A DNA stretch of 63,986 nucleotides, filler included, from Phoronis australis (Eukaryota; Animalia; Phoronida): assembly GCA_002633005.1 (NCBI GenBank). It is 8 parts of 8 records of this genome, joined end to end, with 100 filler letters (N's around TTAATTAATTAA, not from the genome) between each part and the next. Parts side by side here need not be neighbours in the genome. Positions count along the whole stretch, not along the records: positions 1 to 24,812 come from NMRA01000403.1; 7 more parts are not named here. One strand, written 5' to 3'. The translations under genes were made by a program, and so were the position numbers. Positions within the stretch are counted from its first letter, which is position 1; each line of letters opens with the position of its first letter. Positions 1 to 10,030 of this stretch are shown here, in pieces. A model generated the notes under the pieces. It was not told the origin of the DNA. It did no database searches and worked only from the letters and a program-made list of their open reading frames with translations.

Positions 1-502
1 TCTCGGGCTTGGGTGATCAGTCTTTAAAACGCCACGTTCAGTTTAACCATCCCACTACTGCGGACTCCGCCATAGCCTTAGCGGTGGAGTTCGAGGCGTT
101 TGAGGGTTCTCAAACGTTGAGAAAACCTTCTGACGGGGACCGCGTCATGACCATTGGGGCCGGAGGGCTAAATGCTCAATTTAATAGAATGGAGAAAGAG
201 ATCAGAGACCTGCGTGCCGAGCTAGGGCGCTTATGTAAGAAGGAATTAACTTGTTTTTCTTGTGGTGAAACCGGCCACGTAAGCCGAGAGTGTAGAGTGC
301 AACGGCAACAGGTGGCTCAAGTCAAACAGCCAGCGGGGTCGTCAAACTAGTGTCGACTGAATCCGAGACCGGGGGTTCAGTCGGAAACTATGCTGACTCA
401 TTAGCAGGTTGTCTGTTTGTGAATGTAAATATTTACCGCAGGGAGTTTGAAGCATTGTATGATGGTGGGTCGGCGCGGACTATTATTTCTAGATCTGTGT
501 AA
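1..502 (+). mobile_element. Ty3/Gypsy LTR retrotransposon fragment: gag C-terminus plus start of the aspartic protease in the -1 frame
   Basis: ORF 9..350 contains the CX2CX4HX4C zinc knuckle CFSCGETGHVSREC. The -1 frame 347..502 reads LFVNVNIYRREFEALYDGGSARTIIS, a degenerate retropepsin D(T/S)G motif, and then stops. Confidence 0.85.
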
Positions 503-649
503 CTAGACAATGACAATGGGGCAAACCAACTTGAAAAGCAGTGTTGCCACTCAAAGGGTCGCCCATATTTTAAATATTGCAGTATACATTAAAACTTCTT
601 GATATGCTATATGGGCAATCTTCAATCCAATGGTATGCTCTCTTTACTC

Positions 650-1062
650 TATAGACACTTTACCAGGCGGTTCCTACCCAAGTCGACTCGTAACCAAGCC
701 ATGTACCATATTTCATTTATGGATAATGGCAACATTGGGTCAATGCACATCGACATGAAATGGTTGCTTCCATGAAATGACTTGTTCTATAACCTATAGA
801 ATTATGCCCTCCCCCAGCACCAAGGTGAGAAAGTCTAAACGATAAAATTGCAATTCTTTCATCCTCTTCTTTACAATTCACAGTCGATTATTCCAAAGCG
901 GTTCTCATTCATTCCCTTGCATACATTTATTCACTCACTAGTAACACCCTGCTCAGTCAGAAGTAAGAGACAATTTTGTTCAATGCTCATATTACATGCC
1001 AGCGAAACCCAGAATTCGAACCTGAGTCTCACGAGCTCAAACCACTGAGCCACACTGTCTAC
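650..1062 (-). mobile_element. Probable tRNA-derived SINE
   Basis: The minus strand begins with an A-box-like TGGCTCAGTGG followed by a B-box-like GGTTCGAATTC (about 1011-1052). The 3' boundary is approximate. Confidence 0.4.
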
Positions 1063-1277
1063 AAATAATCAGAGACCTAACACTTTTTGAGTGATTTGCA
1101 AAAATGCAAAAAAATCAGTTTTTAAATTTATCACTGAAACTGTTATTTATCCACGGCTGAAGCACGATTCACCAATGGGGATATGGGCGCCTGGGACTGA
1201 CTGGTAAAGCACCTACTTTTGAATTAAAAAAGACCAAGTTATAATTCGCGGTTGTAGGATACATAATGATAATATTC

Positions 1278-2526
1278 TTACCAATCAATAACATCTAATC
1301 GCAACTCCTGAGCACCTTCAGCCTGTTGACGTTCACAGGACGAACCCGCTGGGAGTGAGTCTTCGGCGACCAGAGAAAGGAAAGAAAGGGATCGAGGGAG
1401 AACGGCTCCACTACAGAAGAGCTGTGAACACATATTGTTCCTATTGGAATCTGTCACCTCTACCTCCACGTCCGAAAGGTCGGAATCATCTGAAAAGTCC
1501 ACCTGTCCGTCCCTGTGTCGTTCAAAGTATTCCTCATCTTCGCTGCTGTACTCACTTGGACACACATTGCTTCCTTTGTGTTCCCCAACACCACGTCACA
1601 GATGTGTAACGAACGAAAATGACGCCGTTTCTATTCTCCGTTACAACGATGGCGTTACAACACCACTGCACTAAATATGTAAATAACTTTGTATAGCGGC
1701 GTACAATTCAGTTAATGTTAAGAATATAGCAATGATAATTATAAACTAGAATTTAGACCATATTGTTGTTCAGATTGGTTTGGACCTTGCAATTTCCTCT
1801 TTAAAGAAACTTAGGGATTCGAAGCGTATGAGATAAATACAAAACCTACATTCGGTCTCGGTTGATACACGTAATAATATCTCGTGGGATATTACTTCAT
1901 ATACGCCACTCTCGGTACGTTTTGTGTATGTACATTGTTTAGTGAAAACTATAAGTGCGTATTAAGGACGGAGAATGACAATGGGTCTTTAAACGCTAAC
2001 TGCACTTTGCACTTTAATTGGAGTCGCCATAGCAACCAATTCTCTTCGACTATATGCCTGGTACTCTGCACGCTCCTTTGCTTCCATGATCATTCTTTGG
2101 CAAACTTCATCAAATCGTTTTAGCTTACCTTAGTATCATATTTTAAATAGGCCATACCAAAGATCCTTTTTTGTCTACAACCACGCGTGTTGTTGACAGC
2201 GAGCTGCAACACAAAAATGGCGCCTCATGAGACACCTGGCTTCACGTCCATTAATACTAGAATTTCCAGTCTCTGTCTTTATTTATATGTGCTTCGGACA
2301 TAGGAACCTGGTTCCTAGTTCGGACTAACGACGATTGACCAAATAGCAATTTCAATTGGTCTTAAAAGATCATAGTCCGAGAGGTCCCCAGTCAGCTTTT
2401 TTCGAACTGTTGCTCCTTTAAACTATCGACCTAGAGCCGGTATAAGCAAAATGACCGTGTCCTTTCAAAGTGGCAAAATATTTTCCCGCCTAGGCATCCC
2501 ACTCTACGCATACACGTCACGGGTTA
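1278..2526 (-). mobile_element. Possible piggyBac-like element end with a decayed acidic transposase N-terminus
   Basis: The minus strand starts TTAA-CCC(GTGACG) at 2526, the canonical piggyBac terminus. Downstream on the same strand lies the acidic ORF 1278..1565 (SSEDEEY...FSDDSDLSDVEVE). The opposite end was not found. Confidence 0.3.
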
Positions 2527-3109
2527 ATGGGTTGTTACCAGCACTATTTCAGACAGGTTTGACGTCATTGGAACAACTACATTCCTTTCAGCTTCTACCT
2601 CTTCAAAACACGTTCAACCACAATATCTTTAAATTGTCAATCGTTACTAGGGTGGTAAACACAACCCGTCGGCATCAGAAACTTTGATTCTGTCCCTTTC
2701 GTGGATAATTTAATTTAGCCATAACTCCAAGGCAAAAAATTGTAACAATTACATAAAATGTTGGCATGTGAAAATATTGCCACGGAGCTGAACTCAAAGT
2801 GATGCTATGTATACAATCATGTTCCCAAATATTGTAGTTTATTGTGTTTACAGGGTGACATTTTGATGTGAAAGAAGGCATCCGTATTCAACGCGCGTTA
2901 AATACAAAAAGTAGTTCTCCCATATCAAACCTCACAATACCACCCCTATTTCGTGGCTATACTATCACGCGTACATGTGTCGGAATAGTTATATTATGGG
3001 CTGTCTAATCTATTGCGATCATTAACTCAGTCATTAATTTGTGATGCGATGGAGGAAAACACTATCTTGGTGTGAAAATAGTGTCTTTGCTATTAATATG
3101 GACTTTCAG

Positions 3110-3294
3110 GTGGGTCAGAAAGTTCTATCGTCAACATCACGAGCATTTCGGCTGTGGATGCCCAGCCGAACCAGTCGGTGTATAACGCGTCTAAAGCTGG
3201 GTTGTTAATGTTGAGTAAATGCATGGCGCTGGATTTAGCGACTTCAGGCGTGAGAGTCAACTGCGTAAGTCCGGGTTGGACTTGGACTGGAATC
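3110..3294 (+). CDS. Short-chain dehydrogenase/reductase (classical SDR), penultimate coding exon
   Basis: tttcAG acceptor and GTAAGT donor. Translates GSESSIVNITSISAVDAQPNQSVYNASKAGLLMLSKCMALDLATSGVRVNCVSPGWTWTGI, with the catalytic Ser, YxxxK (YNASK) and RVNxVSPG motifs. Confidence 0.92.
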
Positions 3295-6077
3295 GTAAGT
3301 ATAGTTTGCTTACATGCTACTTAGCTATTGGCACTGATTATTCGACTGCATTCTGAAAAATTTTAACACAGCTTACCCCTCGAGAGAAACAAAATAGCCG
3401 AGGTCTAGAGATCTTCGACAGTGATCCGTTAATGAATTGGACAGTTACACCTGTAGTTCGCGAGGAGAAATCGACGTGTGTAGTATCGTCATTTATTTCC
3501 TCCTTCCTGTATGTATCTTGGGTCAACGTCATGAGAAAAGCACGCGAGATGTTGTCTCAAGAATCTGTAATTTATGCAGTCACAAATAGTCTAGATAACA
3601 TGTTTGAATGAGACTACTGAAGCAATAATAGTGTGGCTAAGTTTGCCTACATGTAGATGGCATGGTTTCAGCTAGCTGTGCATGGTACATTATGTTGCAG
3701 AATTGGAGTCAAAACGTATCCCACTGCAACTTAAAAGTTGTTGTAGGATATGTTTTGTGAAGGGCGTTGTCACATCCGACTCGAACTCAGAACGTGGCAA
3801 AACGCCGTATACTTGGATGAACGGTCATAGGAATGGGACAACTTTTGACAGGAAACAAGCATCGAGTGGTCCACTGGGGCTGTGAACATTTTTGTACCAT
3901 GGGGTTTTATCTTGCTAAACAAAATATTTTATTATATAGTGTTTACTTTTGTTGTATTTGCGTTATCCATCCCTAAATTACTCATTACATAGATGATCTT
4001 AGAAAGCGCGAAGCGTTGATTACGCTAATTCTGCCTAGCAACGAAATACTGTGACTTTTCAGGATTTTTAGGCGATTTAATTTTTAGCTTAGTATTCAAG
4101 AAACCCTTTTTTGTTTATTGTTACTGTTACGTACTGTTTATTTAGACGAGCGGAAAACAATGGCTATGCCGCGTTCTAAAATACAGTGGTATATGATATG
4201 TTAATTTGGCCTTGGGTCAAAAAGGTGTACATTTAGATGGTGTGGCGGGATGGCGGAACAAAATTTAAAAAGGTGGAACAATCTGCCAAAAAACGGGGCA
4301 ATTGTCAAATACACTATACGCTGTCAGCAACACGAAGTACTGTAATGGTTTCTTTTACAACGTAAACATTTCGTTTTTTAATTATATTTACGGGTACAGG
4401 AAAATGCTACAGATAGCAGTATACCTACTTTTAAAAAATTGAAAACTTAACAAAATACGGCATATGGGCAACAGGTAAACTTCACACAAATGAATTAATA
4501 TGGAAACGATTGAAAGCGGTACTAATACATGTACGTTTATCTTCCCTACGAATCTCGCCATGTCAAAGACAAAAGGCACGAGTGGGGTTAAAAACAATAT
4601 TAAAAATTCTTAATGAATAACAGTCCTTCCGTCAAAGCAAAGCGAACGTTTTACTAAAATATTGAGGGGATCAAGACACTTACATTGTAGTTGAACGTGT
4701 TTTGTCCGACAGCCGCTAATGTTTGTCGAACAAGATGGCGACTTGAACTGCCCATATGGGAATCCCCGGGAGGGTGACTGGGCCGCCGAAATTGCTGGAA
4801 AAACAAAAAGCTTCGTCCGAATTGTTATCAGGCAATTTCACAATGTTTATTATAAAATTTAATTTGTTTGATACAAAAACTTTGATGTCAGGAACTTTGC
4901 ATTCCTGTCTTCTTGAAGCCGAAGGTGTGATTGCTGGGCGATTCCGATACGGGCTGCTGTCGTGTGTGAGTCCCGTACTAGAATCGGCCGTTTAATTTGG
5001 TGCAAAATACTAGGAACGTTATCACACATGTTAGAAATTTCAAAGTAATTCGTCTTGAATCTTGCAACCCGTAGTCGGTCAACCTCAAAAGATTGAAAAA
5101 TTACTAGCAACACAACGTTTTGAGTATCTGCAATAAGAAGGTATGAAATAAAGTCTGAATTGCATGAAGACATACAGAATTAAAAGGATTTGTAATCAAC
5201 TAAAAGTTCTGAATTCAATCAAAAAATATATTCCGATATGGGCCGCCAGTATCTGAACTCCGGGTTAGGCCAAATCAGAAGATTCCGATTTGGGCCGGAA
5301 CAATAACACGAAACGTCGATCTTAATTGTAGTCAGCCAGCTTGCTGCTTGAAGACAGTCGCCAAAATACAGCAACGTGTGAATTGAGCTCCGTTAGACCA
5401 CGAAATTTCACACTGGCCGGGTATGAGTTCTCTTACTTTAGTCAACTCATCGTGAAACTTATATCGCAGAGCCAACGACCGCCGGGGTGCATGCAAAATT
5501 TGGAAGACAATTCGGACACTCACTTTGTCCGCTGCCAGTCGTTTAAATGAAAAACAATCTAACAAACGTCATTTTCTAGCATATTTCTCCTCCTTTTGAG
5601 TTTTGTAACAAAGAAAGTATGTCGTCGTCGTTTTGAAAACGCACGAGCCGACTTAATATTTTAATACATTTCTTGGGACATGATGGCAGCTTCTAAAATT
5701 CATTTTGGTGGTCTTAAAAATACTAAAAACTTGTAACGTAATGAAACCAGTTCCGACAATTTGTTTTGACAAGTACATGTACGCAACCTCGTGGCAGCGA
5801 AGAACATTTGATAGAAGAATGAACGGAGGAAAATGAACTATTGAGTTCAGGTAACGTAATCGCCAAGAGCCGACTCACAAGAGCGCACTTCAATTTTAGC
5901 AGTAGATGAGCGGTAGAACGCCCGCATTTTTCCAACACCGGCAGATAATTTGGTTTACTTAAAGAAGAATTGTGTAGCTTTTAATCACGCTAGGCCTACT
6001 TTTTTCAGATTTTCATTAGCCATTTTTCCCACATCGGCGCAAAGCTGTACATTATTTTCATGTATACAGCTTTGCAC

Positions 6078-6245
6078 CTAGTCTAGAAGAGGACTTGCTG
6101 ATCGGGAGTTTTGTCGCCAGTCCTTGTTGTGCGTGTATACTAATCTATTCCATGCACGGCAAACGACGGGATCGGTGGGGAAGTTGTGCATATGTATGCC
6201 ATTGCCGCTGACATTGCTACACCCATACACCACACAACGCGGCAG
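6078..6245 (-). pseudogene. Truncated THAP zinc-finger coding fragment, probably from a non-autonomous DNA transposon (Kolobok or P-like)
   Basis: PRCVVYGCSN...MHNFPTDPVVCRAW...KDW matches the N-terminal half of THAP (CxxxxC, FP, W). The C-terminal CxxH is missing. A TTAAAG terminus-like sequence lies at about 5959. Confidence 0.65.
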
Positions 6246-6559
6246 TTTAGCCCAGAGATCGACAAGTACAGAACGTCCAAGAAATGGCACTCAGTGGTTA
6301 CGCAGTGTGGCTTCCGAGTAAATTCGTGGCCTCGTTGATGTCATATGAACCACTTTACGCTCATAATTTAGATTTTTTTTTCTGGGGCGCTCGAAGGGGC
6401 TACGGATTATGAGTGGTGTAATTTGCGTCGCAATTAATTACTTTCTGTGGTATGTTAGAAGCAAGAACAACATTTTTTATGAACAATACTTGCATTTGTC
6501 GTGTCAAGAGGTGTCTTAGCCGCTGGTGGCTTTACGTACGTGACGTTTGCGAAGGGATA

Positions 6560-6836
6560 GGTCCAAAAGCAATGCCGTGAATATCGATACCCGAGCCTCA
6601 GATCTAGCCAGGTTCGAGGCAATTGTTCTGGAAGAATCTGTTCTACATGTACACTAGCAAATTTTGCTCGCGTCGTCTCAGCAGCGAAATGAATAGAGTA
6701 TGGAGCGGATATTTTTTCTTACTTACCCCATACGAACGCGATGTAAATTTACATCTACCCCAGGGTGTAGATTTGTGCAAAGTATATAATTTATTACGGA
6801 TGTGAAAGTGCTGCATATAAACGGGGCTTTAGCTAT
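6560..6836 (+). mobile_element. Possible decayed SINE
   Basis: B-box-like GGTTCGAG at about 6611 and a SINE-like tail (TGTGAAAGTGCTGCATATAAA). Boundaries are approximate. Confidence 0.3.
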
Positions 6837-6959
6837 AGAATAGACCAATCGACAATTTTAGAGGATCAAAGCGACGCAATGTACAAACCACAAACAAACC
6901 AAATCTAGAGACCTGTGGTTCGATTCCCAGTTGGGGTTCCTGGTTTTTATGTGTTTACT

Positions 6960-8618
6960 TATTACCGGGCCGGCCTTCCCTTGAAATCGTTGTCAGCAAG
7001 CTGTCATATTTACATGTATATTTGTGCCGCATATTGCCGTCATCTCTGGCTGGGTGTCCGGAGTCCGTCGTCCGGCGTCTGCAGCTGTACAGTATCTCCT
7101 AAACCCCTCACAGGATCTTGGTGAGATCTGGCAGATGTGTTTTTACGAAGCTGACGACGGACGACGACGAATTTCGGACCTCTCCGACTACCGGTGGGCC
7201 CCCTAGTGGCCATTTTAGTTTTTTACGCTCTGTATCTTCAGATGTCAACGGATTTTCAGTTGGGCATCTAATTAGTGAGATGACACCATCCTCCTGCTTG
7301 TGGACGGATTCAAGGTACTTTGCGCCATCTAGTGGCCAATTTCACTGTTTTGGTGTCTGTATTTTGGCGTCCGCCGTTCTATCAACCAAACCGTTCTAGG
7401 GATGATTTTGAAAACTGGCATGTAATATCGTGTTCTTACTGTGAAGAGGACAACTGATGATGATTTTCCGACTACTTCGACAACTCTTGCGTCCCCTATT
7501 GGCAGTTTTGTTTGTTTTTGCGTCCATGGTTGTATCTCCTAAACCCTTCGCTGGATCTTAATGAGATTTGGCATATGTGTTCTCATGAAGGTGACGACAG
7601 ATGACAATGAATTTCGGACCTCTTTGACTACTGGTGTGACCTCTAGTGGCAATTTTTTTACGCTTACGTCTGTAGATTCGGGGGTCCTCAACGGATTTTC
7701 ATAAAATTTGACTGTTACATGTAGATATCTATTAGTGAGATGATGCCATCCTCTCGTTTTCGGACGGATTCGGTATACTTTACGCCACCTAGTGGCAATT
7801 TTCACTGTTTTCGAGTCTGTTTTTTGGGGTATGCCGTTCTGTCAACCAAACCGCGTTAGGGATGATTTGAAAATTGGCATGTATGTTATTACTGTGATTA
7901 GGGCGGCTGACGATGATTTTCCCATTACTTGGATAACTAATGCGTCTCCTAGTGGCTGTTTTGTTTGTTTTTGCGCCCATGGCTGTATCTCATAAATGCT
8001 CTACAGGATCTTTCTTGAATTATACTGGTGTATTCACAGAGGATGACGACTTTCGGGCGGTGGCAATTTTAGTTTTTTACGTTTACTGTACCTCTGTATC
8101 TAAAAGGGTCGTCAATGAATTTTCATAAAATTTGGCAGTTAGTGAGGTGACGTATCATCCCATTTTCGGTAATATTTGAGGCATTTTGCGCCACCTTGTG
8201 GTCATTTTTACTGTTTTCGAGTCTTATTATTTGGCGTCTGCACCTCTGTCAACCAAACCACTCTAAAGATGGTTGTGGAAATTGGCATTTATGTTCCTAA
8301 TGGGAAGAAGAAGTCTGATGATGATTTTCCGACGACTTTATCTACTTTGGTGCCTCTTAGTGGCAGTTACGTTTTTTGCGCTTATATCCTCTTAGTGGCA
8401 ATTTCATTTTTTCGTTTTTCTCTGTTTTCTCAGTTGTTCATTGACGGATTTTCATGAAATATGGTAAATAGCTTTGATGACACATACACGTTTTCGGATG
8501 GATTCGACTTATTTTGCGCCATCTAGTTGCCATTTTCATGTTCCAAATTAACATCCTAGAAGCACACCGTTAGCGGTGTATTCGTGGGCGCATTTCAACG
8601 CTCCGCGTTGCTCTTGTT
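6960..8618 (+). mobile_element. Non-autonomous Helentron/HINE-like element with an internal higher-order tandem repeat (~450-bp unit made of three subrepeats), inside the SDR intron
   Basis: Short CGTC-type repeats near the 5' end (about 7063-7080). About 3.5 diverged internal units (anchors 7322/7782/8188/8516). 3' hairpin CAACGC-TCC-GCGTTG (8596-8610) followed by CTTGTT. The 5' boundary is approximate. Confidence 0.7.
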
Positions 8619-9009
8619 AAAACTTGTTATAAATGTTTTTGTCTGTGTTCATCTTCAATGTTATAGAGTGACACCATACTCTAGAGAGGGTATGGTCATT
8701 TGGACCAAAAAGAAGAAGAACGAGAGAAAGAACCAGTACTATGGAGGTTGCACGCCATCGTAAACCAGGGTAGAATTCAGTGACCCTAAAATCTTGGCAA
8801 CATCACGCGTTGTCGTTAAAAATTTAAGGCAATATCTCACGTAATCTCGCAAAGCTTTGCTTTTTAGTGAGTTCCTGGACCATTTGTCGCCACTGTCTCC
8901 AGATATCACCAAACATTTAAGCATGCACTTCGACAAGAATGTAAGTCCTGTCATCACTATTTTTGCGCAAGCTGTTTATACAAATAACTAATGCCTTGTT
9001 CTCTTTCAG

Positions 9010-9216
9010 ACACGAGACATCTTCAAAACAGAGGAAGAATTTACTAAGGCCAGAGGGCACACTCAAATGACCAACAAGGTCATACCGGGCTCAGGAATAG
9101 CAGCCGCAGTCGCGTTTGTATGTAGCAAAGATGCTATGTACATGAATGCTGCTACCATTCCAGTTGATTTGGGCTACAGTGCGATGGGTCCCGAGGGGAC
9201 AGGCGTCTCAAAGTAA
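9010..9216 (+). CDS. Short-chain dehydrogenase/reductase, terminal exon
   Basis: ctctttcAG acceptor in phase 0, matching the 3294 donor. Translates TRDIFKTEEEFTKARGHTQMTNKVIPGSGIAAAVAFVCSKDAMYMNAATIPVDLGYSAMGPEGTGVSK*, a typical SDR C-terminus. AATAAA follows at 9414-9419. Confidence 0.88.
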   Translation, partial: TRDIFKTEEEFTKARGHTQMTNKVIPGSGIAAAVAFVCSKDAMYMNAATIPVDLGYSAMGPEGTGVSK

Positions 9217-9413
9217 AAAGTTGAACAGGTGTCTGACTCCCACCGGTTGATTGCAGGCGTGTATTTGCTCATTCCACAAAAATTATCTATTAGAGGCATC
9301 TAAGAATCGTTTTGCTGATAAAAAATAGTTCAAATACAATAACGTAAACGAGACTGAATACATAAGAAAGTTGATGTATAACTAGAATTAATGTATGGCA
9401 AGGAGAGTGATCA

Positions 9414-9419
9414 AATAAA
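9414..9419 (+). promoter_or_regulatory. Candidate polyadenylation signal of the SDR gene
   Basis: AATAAA about 200 nt downstream of the stop codon at 9216. Confidence 0.4.
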
Positions 9420-9769
9420 ATTGCGATTTATGCAACTTTGCCTTGGTCACTAGATGTGAAATCCCGGTATCCCCTTAACACCAGCTCCAGTGCTCGAACG
9501 CCGCAATTACCTCAAGTTGACTCTAAGATTGGACCCCTTATTGTCTGTGTAGTACTGAAAGTTTGATCTAACCTGGGTATTGATATCCTATATGAAACAC
9601 AAATTGCCGATAATAAGGGTGGGTTTTCTGATGGAAACGACATTCCGAAAAATAGAATGGTGATTCGAGAATATGGGAAGCTGCATCAAAAACTCCACCC
9701 TACCATTGAAAGGGCGAGTTCAGATTGGCCATCCAATATGGGTCCAAGCAGAAAGGCATTGTCAGGAAG

Positions 9770-10030
9770 AAACAACTGTTTTGGCGCATTTTAACATGTT
9801 TTCCAACGTGAATTAAAAACTAGATGTTCAAGTTGTTAGAAATCCAAGCATTGGGGTTACCTACAAAATGACATCAATTTGGTCCCCAAAAGTGGCACTA
9901 CTATGCTTTGAAAATGACATGTTTTATCCTTACAAAAAGCGTGTCTTCTGGGGCACGATCAAGAGTCTTATTTTGACCGTTGGATGTCACTAATATATGA
10001 GACGTCACACCTCATACGTCATACAACATG
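9770..10030 (+). repeat. Dispersed repeat family; an inverted copy lies at about 32720-33050
   Basis: Shared collinear blocks AACTGTTTT.GCGCATTTTAAC, AATCCAAGCATTG, AAAATGACA.CA.TTTGGTCCCCAAA and GCTTTGAA.ATGAC.TGTTTTA.CCTTA. Confidence 0.75.

Noticed and set aside
4690-5301. Repeated TTCCGAT..GGGC motifs suggesting a transposon end
   Set aside because: Probably a TE, but I could not define both termini or a target duplication, so it is not called.
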